DNA from: Tubiluchus corallicola
Lineage: Eukaryota > Animalia > Priapulida
DNA: 64,000 nucleotides
Assembly: GCA_030141605.1 (NCBI GenBank)
Contig: JAQGDQ010000188.1
Location: 62,001 to 126,000 of the forward strand
Direction of reading: 5' to 3'
Shown: piece by piece, positions 15,483 to 26,863 of the stretch
Position numbering within the stretch: the first letter of the stretch is position 1
How the letters are laid out: the number at the start of each line of letters is the position of its first letter
Notes under the pieces: model-generated
The model's database searches: none
What the model saw: only the letters and a program-made list of their open reading frames with translations
What the model was told of the DNA's origin: nothing
Program-made: the position numbers and the translations under genes

Positions 15483-16145
15483 GACCAAGAAACACTTACC
15501 GGACCCACATTAAATTTTATTATTTTCCCATTGTATGTTCGTCGCAACATGTCAGCCAACAGATGTAGACGCATCGTTTTGGGGAGTACTCAAAAGCCCT
15601 ATTTTCTGCATAACAATACTTCCTTGTGGCCTTTTTAGGTCATGAACATAGGACTTTATCACACAGAGATAAGCCTTGATGAGATTTTTTTATTAATATG
15701 ACTAGGTCACAGATTAGATTTTGTGTAATAACCTTTGACAAACGCTCGTTTTGATTGTAGTTAAATTTAACTAATAATGGTTTCAATTTCGTTTTAGGAG
15801 CTGCGTGAAGCAACCTCTGTACGTTACGGTTGGTCTTACATCCTGGCGTGGGTAGGCGTCGGTCTTTGTTTGATCGCATCCGTCTTCTTTTACGTCGCTT
15901 TCTGTGCAATGAAAGGTGCTAAGAAAAAGTCTGAGAAGATTTCCATGGCTCCTACCTACGCCACACCAGTGTACCCTCCTTACGAGAAGAGTCTTCCCCG
16001 TCAGCCAGCTTACAGTCAACCCCCCGTTTACTATGACAAAACTGGAATGCCAGTGTATGATAATAGGGGTGCTTATGTTTATAGCAATCGTGCCTACAGC
16101 GCCCCTCAGTATGACGCATATTATTATGGCCAACGTAGAAATTAA
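7538..16145 (+). CDS. Claudin/PMP22/EMP-superfamily four-TM protein (invertebrate claudin-like), 5 coding exons, ~359 aa
   Basis: Exons 7538-7901, 10787-10879, 13096-13233, 13960-14096, 15798-16145 join in frame (1080 nt) with GT-AG ends. TM1 is followed by 'ATDNW', then 'GLWHVC' and a second ECL1 Cys (claudin W-GLW-C-C signature), TM2/TM3 around 'GMVGCFKRS', and 'YGWSYILAWVG' before TM4. Confidence 0.85.
8006..8226 (+). repeat. Pentanucleotide microsatellite (CTGTA)n grading into (CTATA)n/(CTACA)n
   Basis: Directly visible. Confidence 0.95.
10787..10879 (+). CDS. claudin-like exon 2 (second ECL1 Cys)
   Basis: ttgcag| GEIMKTPLDTLCRKIQF... |gtaagt; phase 1-1. Confidence 0.75.
13096..13233 (+). 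CDS. claudin-like exon 3 (TM2, start of TM3)
   Basis: tttcag| HLLRLTLGLFAAGFFLFLVAFLTGMVGCFKRSSGFTSSTGTLVMFA |gtaaaa. Confidence 0.85.
13815..13878 (+). repeat. 29-bp tandem duplication
   Basis: tttcatgaagcatt(g/a)cactttttcttgta x2. Confidence 0.85.
13960..14096 (+). CDS. claudin-like exon 4 (end of TM3, ECL2)
   Basis: aacag| ALFCAAGIAVFHGYVYMEE...KKTWSL |gtacgt. Confidence 0.8.
15433..15479. repeat. (TA)n microsatellite
   Basis: Directly visible. Confidence 0.95.
15798..16145 (+). CDS. claudin-like exon 5 (TM4 and Tyr/Pro-rich tail)
   Basis: ttttag| ELREATSVRYGWSYILAWVGVGLCLIAS... to TAA at 16145. Confidence 0.85.
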   Translation, partial: ELREATSVRYGWSYILAWVGVGLCLIASVFFYVAFCAMKGAKKKSEKISMAPTYATPVYPPYEKSLPRQPAYSQPPVYYDKTGMPVYDNRGAYVYSNRAYSAPQYDAYYYGQRRN

Positions 16146-17325
16146 TTTTATATTGCTAATTAAATTTGCTATTGTTGAGCAAATGTGCCAACTGTCAACG
16201 TACACTGTTCAAAAATATTATTTAACTGTCGATCACCATGGGCGAACATTTGCAATACATTGAAAAATCATAAAGAAATGTTACCAGTTAAAACAATTTA
16301 AAAAAGTTAGAAATCGTTCATATTTTTGCATAATCAACCAAAGTATGTTTTAAGTCTTTAAGATACTTTTGAAATTGTTTATAAATTTGCCTTCGCAGAC
16401 AGTATGAAAATCTTTTCATTTTATAACTGGCACAGCTAACTTGTAGAAAGTTTTACTAAGGTTATAAGGTAACCTAAAGCGTTGAAATTTTCTTATATAG
16501 GCAAAGGGTTAAATTACTGCAAGTACAGCTAATAACAACTAATTAGTGATATGGAAAAAACTTTAATGCTTTGACAACATAAGACAATGGATCAACGTGG
16601 AAAAATCTTGTTTTTGTTACTAAGATTTATTAAAACTCAGTGTATATTAAGTTCACCTCATGCTCGGCGATGTTTGGAAATTTTGTAGATCATTAATTGT
16701 TAATAGTTTTATTGTTTTCCAAGCATTAACGTTATTTTGAATTGGTTTTTTCGAGTGACTGTTTTACATTTATCTGCCATTTTTCTTCTCTTTGTCCACA
16801 ATATGTTGCTAAGGCTGCATTTGATTATATTTGTTACGATCTGCCTTGGCTTCGCTAAACTAGTGATAAAATATTCAAGCGTTGATATAAAGTTCGTGTT
16901 TCGAGTTTCATAATTAAATCTGACTGGCTGTTATAGTTTTTTACAGGACAGATTAATATACACTGTGCGACTGACAGTGCGAAACTGTGTACATACTTTT
17001 TCTCTGTGTACAAATGCATGTGTACCTTTTTTTTAAGAATTAGGTCTACTGACGTAGTACCTATGTTCATTTACTTAAAACAGCTGCGTGCATATGACAG
17101 AATTGCATCTTATGATAAATTAATCTAGCCTAATTCAATATGAGTAGTCCTTAAATTAATCTATGTAATTCATATACATTGTGTAACTGTAAGCAAAAGA
17201 ATTTGTATAATACATGTTGTATATTAATTCTTTTTCTTTTGATGTATTTTTAACAAAATGAGTTACTTACCCACAGAGGGCCATTTCTTGAAACTTTTCA
17301 GAACACTGTAATTGTCAGCGACTTG

Positions 17326-17532
17326 AGTGGCGTTTACCAGACATCCAGAATGCGTATGCGAATGCAGAATAGGTAAAATCAGTTTATATTGTTTTCAATG
17401 TGCCCGTTTATCAGACCTGCGTTATGCGTTATGCGTTATTTTTTCTGCAGTTATTTCCTATTGATTTTCTATGCGCTGTTATTCCGCAGTGGATAACGCA
17501 TAACGCATTCCGGATGTCGCGTAGACGCTACT
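17326..17532. mobile_element. MITE-like element with ~28-bp imperfect TIRs
   Basis: agtggcgtttaccagacatccagaatgc vs gcattccggatgtcgcgtagacgctact (reverse complement); internal (gcgttat)n / (ataacgc)n subrepeats. Confidence 0.65.
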
Positions 17533-20500
17533 TTACGTAGATCGGCAGCACGCGAAAACCACGCTTCCTCGCTCTGCCTCACAAACTCTTGCTGGCTGAC
17601 AGCTGCAATAGTATAAATGTTTACGAACAAACGTATTACAAACTCTAAAAAAATTAAAGATATAAGTGCACATGGTAGCGAGCTCTCACTTATTTCAGAG
17701 AATGCGTCTTGTTATGTACTTTGTATGCTACAAGAAGTTGAAACATGAGCAAAAGAAGAATCGATTTCTCTAGGATATGTACATAATATCAAGAATAAAA
17801 AAATTCAACCATCTATAATTGTATAATTATATTTTTAATTTTTAATGCAATTAAATTAATTACAGAATCTTGTTATATAATTTAAACATAAAAATTAAAC
17901 AATAATTAGTTAGAATAAATTCAGTTAGAAACATACTTAGTGGTAAAACAAATCTGAATCTCAATTGTTAAATGATATTTCGATTATACCTGATTAGACG
18001 TACAAAAATAAAATAACCTAAAACGACTTATACGTGATCATTCTGAAAGATCGAAGTAGAATCAATACCAACTTGTGCACTTAGGACATAAAGTGCCTGA
18101 AGTCAGTCTACGTGAATCGTTAAATAACAATAAGACTCAAATAATCGTCAAATGACAATAAGTCAGAAATTAAACGAGTTGTACAATGACAGAAAATTTC
18201 AATTATTGCTGGGATATGAAACAGTTAATAAATACAGTAGCAGAATGAGTGAGCATAATAAGCTTCAGAGATTAAAGGAAACGGCTTCTGACAATTCTTG
18301 TGCCAATTAACGTCTTTGTAATTTTATTTTTATTGTTTGCTGGCATACTTAATGCATAAATGTAGTCTTGTGTCTCGAATCGAACCGTGCACACAGCATT
18401 TTTGTATTTGCTTGCCAAATAGAGACCCCTAACCTTCATTCCAATACCGTAACAAGTTTCATTTCTCTGTCTTCAAAAGTGAGGAAATTCAGAAAAAATG
18501 AGAATAAAATCTAATGAGAACAACGATGCCAAATTGTAAGAAAGAATTCTGAGTGAAATCAGTATATTGCAAGCACTCTTTTATTGAAACTCCTTTGTCA
18601 AGTGATTTAATGATATCGCATTCTTCTACGTGCGATATTATTAAACTACAAAGCAGTTTCAATTGTTTCATGAATTAATAATAACATTTGAAGACTACAA
18701 TGATAACAGTCACAGAAATCTATACAATGTCTTTCAGGTGCTATATAGAATTCTCATATTAATAGTTTCCAACCCATATAAACTGACCCAAGCTTATAGT
18801 GTTCTTCGTTCTTGTACAACCCAATACTTTAGATTTGCTTTGGTTGTATGAAATATGACCGCTATGAAATATCCTAGCCGCAGTTGATTTTAACTTCAGC
18901 ACACAAGTAATCTAAAAAAATAAAATGATTCTTTACAAAACTTTGCAGGCATTTTTAGAAAATCAACGTTATAGTTTTCGTAAATAAGAAGTCTGCCTCG
19001 TAATAAAATTATGTGCATATAGCATACTAATGCCGTCCCTGCTTTTTGTAAAGCCCTGTGGGATATAAAACCATAAAATCACATTTTTAACGTAGCTCTT
19101 ATATGTAAAGGCTAATGCAAACTGGCAGCTTTAAACGTTTGGAATTTTAAAATGTTTGATAGTATCGTAACCACTTTGGTGATGTGTAATACATGTATAA
19201 CCGATTGAAGAACTATATCTAGAAAATCATAAAATATTTTACAGCTCACACCATAGACAGTAAGTATAAATGTAATATGATATTATAATAATATAATATT
19301 GTGCTTACAGTTTATGGTATATTTAAGATATATATATCTACTAATAATTAGAATAAGACTGTGGCTCTAAAGAAACCATGTCCATAAACGATAATATAAA
19401 AATAAAATTTGCTTTATTCAGACCTGAAAAAATATAATTACCGACTTTCAATATTTTAGACATGTAAGGTAGCATTCTTTTCTGTAGCCTTTACTAGATG
19501 GCAGCACCTGCAAGCCCTTTCGTTGCACCGGCACGAGAGGGGATTATTACAAGGAGTAGACATTGCTGTGTAAATTTAATAACCGAAGTTTTCTACACAT
19601 TGTTAAACCAGTGGCCCTGTTAATTATCAGGGGACCAATGGGCATGCAGAAACTACTGTTTCCTGAAACACTCAGTTATTATTATAGTGATAATGAGGCA
19701 GAAATAGTTTTCTGTGATACTCAGGACTTTTTAGTGCTTATTGCTCCATGGATGCTGCGTAGTTTCCAGCACGTTCCTGTTGGTTCTGTATATGTCGGTA
19801 TTTCTGCTGGAGTGAAAGTCGGAAAATGCCTGACGGCGAGAAAAGAGGGGAAGGGGGTTGTTCTGGAGAAACAGTTACTAAAACAATTGAAAAGGCTGGC
19901 AAAAATATCAGCTATCGGGTATCAAACTGGTTGTTTGATCTGAGGCTCTTGCGGTGTCAGTTGTTCCTACATAGCGCTAGCTGGTGGTTCCAGTAGTGGG
20001 CAGAAGTTTCTCTAGCGAACAAGTAGTTCGTTTTAGTGATTAACGATCTGTAGAAGTAATAGCAGTTTAGTATATCTTGTATTATTCGACAATTACTGTA
20101 AATGTTGGTCAAAATTAATCTGCTTAAAGTTACAAATAGGGAGTACAAAGTTGCATTATAATAATGAGCATGATATTTATTCAGAAAATTCTTTTATTTA
20201 TCAGAAACCTGAGGAGAACGCTTCATATCTTCAGTCTGCTTTGGGTAATGTTACTATAAAACAACAATTAAGACAACAATTAATACATCATTATTTCTTG
20301 AGCAACTTACCGTAGTTTATCACATGATCACACATCGACATTTTGAATACCTGAATACAATATTTGAAAATTTAAACTGAAGTAATCCTATAAACTACAT
20401 ACCTGAACATCTAATTTTGAACATTCTGTGGAACTAATTTTTACAATGACGGAGTTTTCAAAATTAGCACACTGTGAAAAAATGACACACTGGCGTTCTT

Positions 20501-20818
20501 ATTTCACGTGTGTTTAGCTTATGACAAATTCATGTACGCATCTCCTTATAAAAACGTGTAAAATCTAAGATAATACGTTCAATGTTAGACAAATTTGGTA
20601 TATTAACAGCTAGATCAATTGTTATAGAGACATAAATTGTCATTATGAATAACTATTATATATATTTACCACACGTGCTCAAATTCCTACATATTTCTTC
20701 TTGGTTTTCTTACATAAACTACACTACATAAATGCAAGACAATTATAGGTAAGATTTTGAAAACGTTTATATCATAGTGTAATAACGACCAGGAACTTTT
20801 TTTAACTACTAAGATGTG

Positions 20819-21087
20819 CTAAGCACAGGCAATCCAACTAACACCCATCTTGTAGATGTGAGTGTCGCCCCACGTATTGAAGATAATATCAAAACCATCA
20901 GGAGTAACATTTTGCACAAGAACCGTATAACGAGTATTAGCATCTGAGTCGATGTCAGCCACGTCCATTCCTGCTGATACGGTGGGAGATTTGTGGAACG
21001 GAGTGGCGAAAGTAACGCTTTGTTTGTCCGGGTAAGGCGATGGTTGGCCATCTGTCCAGAATACTGACTGAACACTGCCAGACTGAC
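20819..21087 (-). CDS. lectin gene exon 2 (H-type lectin domain)
   Basis: F..PF...P.V..G...D.....R.....VT..GF......W.DT.I....VSWIA motif; TAG stop. Confidence 0.88.
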
Positions 21088-22970
21088 CTGTAAAATCAAG
21101 CATCGTGTATTTATTTATTTATTTTGATAATTCGTAACATTCAAGTGGTTACGTTTTTTTAGAACTGAGTGATTAGCGTTGCACAATTGCGTTCTAGATA
21201 TTGTAAATGTTTGTTTGTTTGCTTTCATTTATACAAGCAAGACATATCTGAATCTTTTAAAATGTAGCTTAAAAATGTTAGCTTATTAAATTTAGATCAC
21301 TAAGTATTGTTTTCCTTATAGATCAAACCCAAGGCTGTTAGAAGCACCAAAGAAAACTGAGCCTTTTAAAACGATCAATCTACATAAAATATTTGTGCAC
21401 GAATGATTAAAAATTATAATTGACATGTACTTCAAAATGCCATATATATATGTGTAATATATATAAAAGTGGAAGAAAGGGGAATTTGAGAATATATCCC
21501 AAAAAAACTTTCCATGCAAAGTTATATTACACTTAACATTACGCTTACCCGTTTGAAAGACGTATGTAATTAGAAAAGAAAATTCTTGATAATTTAAAAT
21601 GTTTCTGCCAACTATTAAAGCGTCGCTGTATACATCACCATCCTAGTGTACAACACTGGCTCACAAAAGAAAAACACATTATTGATCTTATTGACAGAAT
21701 AAGGTAAATTATGTTTTTGTTTAGTTAGTGAAGAGAGTGCTACAAATGCTCTCTATTATTTTTTAAAACTTTACTACATTATCTAAACCTTTTTTCAAGC
21801 AACTTACCGATGAAATGGCTGCGCCGAACTGCTTAAGTTTAAATTTACAAGTTTTACACAGTGTTACTATTAACTCAAGCTCTATGTGCAAAGAGAATAT
21901 CAAGGCAAATTTTTAATAATTATCTATGAGGAGCATATCCTTGTCTATTAATTCAAGTAACACAATAACGCACATTGCACATGCCTAATGGAAAGACATA
22001 TCAAAACTCACTGAATTGTCAATACATTCTAAATTAATAAAGATTGTTTAGGTAAAACATTTCATTTAAATATCAAACATAGCTCTTGAGATTCTGTTGT
22101 AAAATATAAAAGCGGCCTGGACACCCGTTTTTTCACTAAAGAAAATGAAAATTTGTACTTACAATCTCTAACCCTGTTGTTGATGGTCACTCTGAGTCGG
22201 GAAACAGCGTCGCTTGTCAGCCTCTTTATGGATTCATCGGTATTTCTTAAACTTGCAATGTCGTTTCTGAGTTGTAGTACATCTGCGTTGGCCGCTTGTT
22301 GTGACCTAAGACTCTGTATAGCGGAACCTTTCAGTCTATTTATTTCCATCTGTTGATCATTAATCTGTACTTTCATTTCATCAAAATCGGCTCTTAATGT
22401 GCTCACCATCTCCTTGGCAAATTCTTCTAGTGTTTTAAGGTTTGCTTCAGCGTTTTTCTGGTTCTCGTCTACTTTTTCGCCTAGCTCGGCTATTTGGTCA
22501 TATAGTACAGGAATGTTCAGTCTTACTTCATCTAACTCGGCTGTGTAGTTATCAAAACGTTCTCTCCGGAACGCCGCTCCAGCATCCGTTCGCGAGATAT
22601 CCAGAAGTTCCCGAATGAAAAACCTTTCCAAGTCACTGATCCTACTCTCCGTTTTCAAGAGCTCAGTTGGGAAAGATTCTGCCGCTTTCAAAGATTCTTC
22701 AACTGCTGAGACACGAGACTCCATTGTAGAAGCCGCTTCTTTAACGTTGTTTAACAGATCTCTCGTCTCCGGGTTCAATTCTGCTGGAGCACATTCTTTA
22801 TTGACGCTTTCAAGAGGAACAGTGAAAGAGATTGTGCATTCATCAGCCTCTCCTGATGGCGGGGGTTCTTGAGCTGCAGCTTGCCCTTCATTGGTGTCCT
22901 GGGCTATCGCACTAGTTGCAAGCACCAAAACTACAGATACCAGGAGAAAGAACCGTATGACAGTAGCCAT
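20819..22970 (-). CDS. Secreted coiled-coil protein with C-terminal H-type lectin domain, 2 exons, ~358 aa
   Basis: Exon 1 (22970-22163) has signal peptide MATVIRFFLLVSVVLVLATSAIA and heptad-rich coiled coil, donor T|gtaagt. Exon 2 (21087-20819) follows ttttacag and encodes CQSG..VTFATPFHKSPTVSAGMDVADID..NTRY..NVTPDGFDIIFNTWGDTHIYKMGVSWIAC, the H-type lectin (HPA/discoidin C-terminal) pattern. Join is 1077 nt, in frame. Confidence 0.88.
22163..22970 (-). CDS. lectin gene exon 1 (signal peptide + coiled coil)
   Basis: Long ORF from ATG at 22970 to a phase-1 donor. Confidence 0.85.
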
Positions 22971-24422
22971 GTTGATGCTGTTAGCAACCAAACCGTTAGC
23001 ATCAAGAGAGTCAGTGAAATGACACTTACTTCTTCAATGCATGGTTACACTTCTTGACCAGGCCTAACAACTAGAGATATGTATGGCGAAAATACCAGTT
23101 ATTTGACAGCTTCAGAAACAAATAGTTTGTTTATTGGACTCGTTATCGGCAAAACACATTAAATAACTGTTTTCTAAATTATTTAGCTGAAAAAATGGCT
23201 TTTGTGCTGCCAGTGCATCTGCAATTTTGAGTGAATTTGCTGGTAATTACCCACTAATTGCCCTTGAAACCTTGGAAATCGACAGTCAAGCTTAAGCTCT
23301 AGGGCATTTTAGACGCGGTTGTCAAATCAGAAATTTTGTTGTCAAGGTCGCGAACAAAGTTGTTCTACTATTAAAAGAGAAATATCCTACATGACTTTTT
23401 TCCTGCAGTTTGTTGAATTTAAAACATTGCTTTTCCACTTGATTACACAGCTATCTTAAAAACAGGACCTGAAAAATAAATCGATTAAAATGTATGAATA
23501 AAGTTTTTTCCTTGAAGCAGTTTTGAAATAACTACATCGTGTTATCCAGATACAATAGTTGCATGAAATGACAACAAAAAAACCCGCAAATTTTCACCTG
23601 ATCGCAGTATCCTTGATTGCTTAATGCACTGCAGGTATGGATAATAGTTTTTAAGGTATATACATAAAATTACATATTTTTTAGTTATTTGAAGTTTATA
23701 TAAAATGAAGTACCACAATAGTGAGTGGTAAGCCGACATTTTTTAATTTAATTAGTATTTTTGCCAAAGTTGGCAATTGAAAGCTTGTTGCATTCAGGAC
23801 TGCAATTTTTCCGGATGCATACCGAAAATAAGGTCACTGGAAAAATTTATTCTGCTTTTTGCGTAGTATTAATAAAGCCAAAAGCTTTGCTTGCATAAAT
23901 ATCGGACATAAATGAAACTCAAAACTATAAATCTTCAAGCATAGTAGATGAACTAAGTAAACTTGAAAAATGTTAAAAATATAAAAATAAGTTATATAAC
24001 GAATATCCCTTCCAGGAGTTTGCTTCCAGGAGAAAAGCTGGCACATTGTATATCGGATCTACCCAAGTTAGTCTGGTTTAATGCTATAAAGCATTTTAAT
24101 TGCTATTTGTTGCAATTACAATATGTTCTACGCCCCAAAATTTTCGAACTTCACGCGATGATTTTCTAATTTTGCTTCAAATCTTACGGTGATCATGGGA
24201 GTTAAAATTTTCAAATTGCTACTACTGCAAGCTTAGTATTCAATAAAACTGTACGTAGGTGATGCAAAATTTCAGCACAATTTTTTTAGTTTTATCTAGC
24301 AAAGCACTTTTCTTGTGCTTTAAGTTTGAGTTTACCCAGGCTAGAACATTACGAGCTAACTAGATTAAACTAACTTTTATGAAATCAACAAACCTCACGT
24401 AAACAGATTATATGAAACTTCA

Positions 24423-24492
24423 GGAATAGCTGTGAGGTAGCGTACTCGGTTCCCATGCGGGAGGTTGAGGATTCAATCCCGCATCCGGGGTA
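24423..24492 (+). mobile_element. tRNA-derived sequence (SINE head or tRNA pseudogene, Gly-CCC-like loop)
   Basis: A-box-like tagctgtgaggtagcg, anticodon-like loop ttcccat, B-box-like ggattcaatccc; stems and acceptor arm imperfect. Confidence 0.45.
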
Positions 24493-26863
24493 CCGCTGTT
24501 CTTCACGAAGTGATTATTCGAAGTGATACGGGTAAGAAAAAGTACTATGTCCATAAGCGTGGTGCTTGATATGATATTTCAAAAACTTAAACGTTCGTGT
24601 GCCCTTTTACAGGCGGTCCACTCTGCGTAATGGTTAGATGTTGAAGTTTCTCCCCATTTTCAACTCAACTCAACTTTTGGCAGCGCTTCGGCGAAAAATC
24701 GTATTGCAATTAATTCTAAGAAGCGCAATTAACTGTATTAACACAACACATATCCTTGAAACTGTGTCTTAGTGCCTTCCTGGGTATGTGTTACAAAAGT
24801 TGGGATGCTATATTATAAATAATACTATAGTGATCATTTGGGGCGAGTTTTTGGAACTACAAATTTGAAGCAAGAATGTAATTTACTCCCATTGTTTTAG
24901 TAAGCCTGTGTTCGTGTTGATGTAGTTTCCACTTTCTAGGCAAAGTAAATAATCAAAACGGTGCGGTTTTGTAACCAGGTCATATATGCTAATGACCTGT
25001 TCTTCATTGCCTTCTATAGCAGCATTACGTCATTGCTTTAAATATCCGTGTCGAATTTGCTGAGTCAATGTGAAATCTCTAGTAAATTTGAAAGACTACA
25101 GAAAAAATTCACCTGTTTGTGTCCCGATTTGGTATAGGCCAATTTGCATTACTCCCAACAATGATCAGAAAAACGCTTTGGTAACTAGGTTATAATAAAC
25201 GTAATTAGTCAGAAAATTATTTAGAATCAATCTAATATGAGCGATCTAACATTGGAAGTGCTGAATTTGGTTGAACACCTGTTAGGGATGAACTTTGGAC
25301 TGCTTAAAACACTGCGAGATGAGTTGGCCAAGCGGCAGCCTTCTGGAATGTAAGAAGAAAGCTAAAATCTTGGTTTAAATCCAGGTTGCATCTCAATTTG
25401 TTCACATTAACTGTCTTTCATTTCAAGTTTGGTACTATAATTATTTGTGCTTTGTAATGTCACTAATGCCATGTACCACAAAGGACACAGGTATTATATA
25501 CAGAATGCTGTAAATACAATGCTATCTATTAAAAACCACGAGTTGTTAGAAAATTAGAGCAGTCCTCCTAAAATGTATTCCAATATAAAACCTATATTAG
25601 TTTGTTTGCATTTGATCTGCGGATTTGCAGATTTAATTTTGCGTGTTCTTAAGCGCTAGCGACGCAATAGTACTTAAAGTTTTTAATATGTTGTATAATT
25701 ATGTCATTTTAAAATTTTAATGATGTTATGCACTCGTACAACATGTTGGTGGCGACAATCATTATCACCTTTGTTTCGCTATTCGTGACTAATTCAACAA
25801 AATTAAAAAAGCAATTTCTTGTGGCCAAAGCAGACATATAATATAAAATTTACATCAATAATTTAATCTCAACACACTTCAAAATTTGCAGCCGTCACTC
25901 TTCCAGGAAGCCAGAATGTCAATGAAAAGGATTTTTCACATTAAATGTTATTATTTCTTTCAAATGTTGCCCATGACAAACCTCTTGACCCACTTATCCT
26001 CAGCTTGATATTTACCTGCTCCATTCTCGCACCACTTTCACGAACCGGAAGTTTCGTTATGATGTCTGCACGAGTTTCTTAAGTTGCATCCGGTTTCTCG
26101 GTAAAGGGCGGAACCAAAATGTGTGATCAGCAAACAAGGGTATTTAATGCCATCTGTAGATAAAGCAACATTTGACTGAATAAAACGAAGAACATCTCCA
26201 TAGTACCATAACAGTGCATACAAGGTGTTATACAATTATCCCATTATACGACCATTGATTATTCTGCCGTTGGCAAAAAACAAACCTGTATCAAGGTTTG
26301 TGCATTTGAACAATGGCACACCCTCTATATCGCCTCACCTCTGTACCAAAACAATTATGTTTCTTGAGCCCTTGTCGAACTGGTGAAGCGTTTAACAAGG
26401 AACAAGCAGCAAAGTGTACTGCAAATGAAACGAAAACACCAGTATTAATTTCTGCTTATGAAGTGTCGTGTCTAAGAAGAAATAGTATTTTAAGGTTGGT
26501 GCATTTTAATTTTGACTTAGTCCTTATTTTTAAGATTATGAAGTATTGTAATGCAAATCTATACCTAAACTTGTAGTAATTAGTAGTTTTCCAGTTGTAT
26601 TAAATAGGAGCTGTTGAAAAGTTAATCGTAGCTCTCCGTATCTCAGTGTTGAATTAAAAATTATCTGGGTTGCTCAATAGATTGGATTGGGTAAGAAAAA
26701 TAAATCCGTTGCTAAAGTAAGAAGTTTTATAATTTAAGTAGCAAAAGAAGCACTAAAAGGGCACAACAGCACTGAAAATTGCTGAAAAACTTTACTTGTA
26801 ATACGACGTTGTAATAATACAATATTACTTTATTGTACAGTGTGCTATGTCAGAAATTTGGGG

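Noticed and set aside
19563-19943. 126-aa ORF between the claudin-like and lectin genes
   Set aside because: No recognisable motif or convincing splice context
22971-22991. ORF-track start (MVANSIN) for the lectin gene
   Set aside because: Non-ATG start; the ATG at 22970 gives a proper signal peptide
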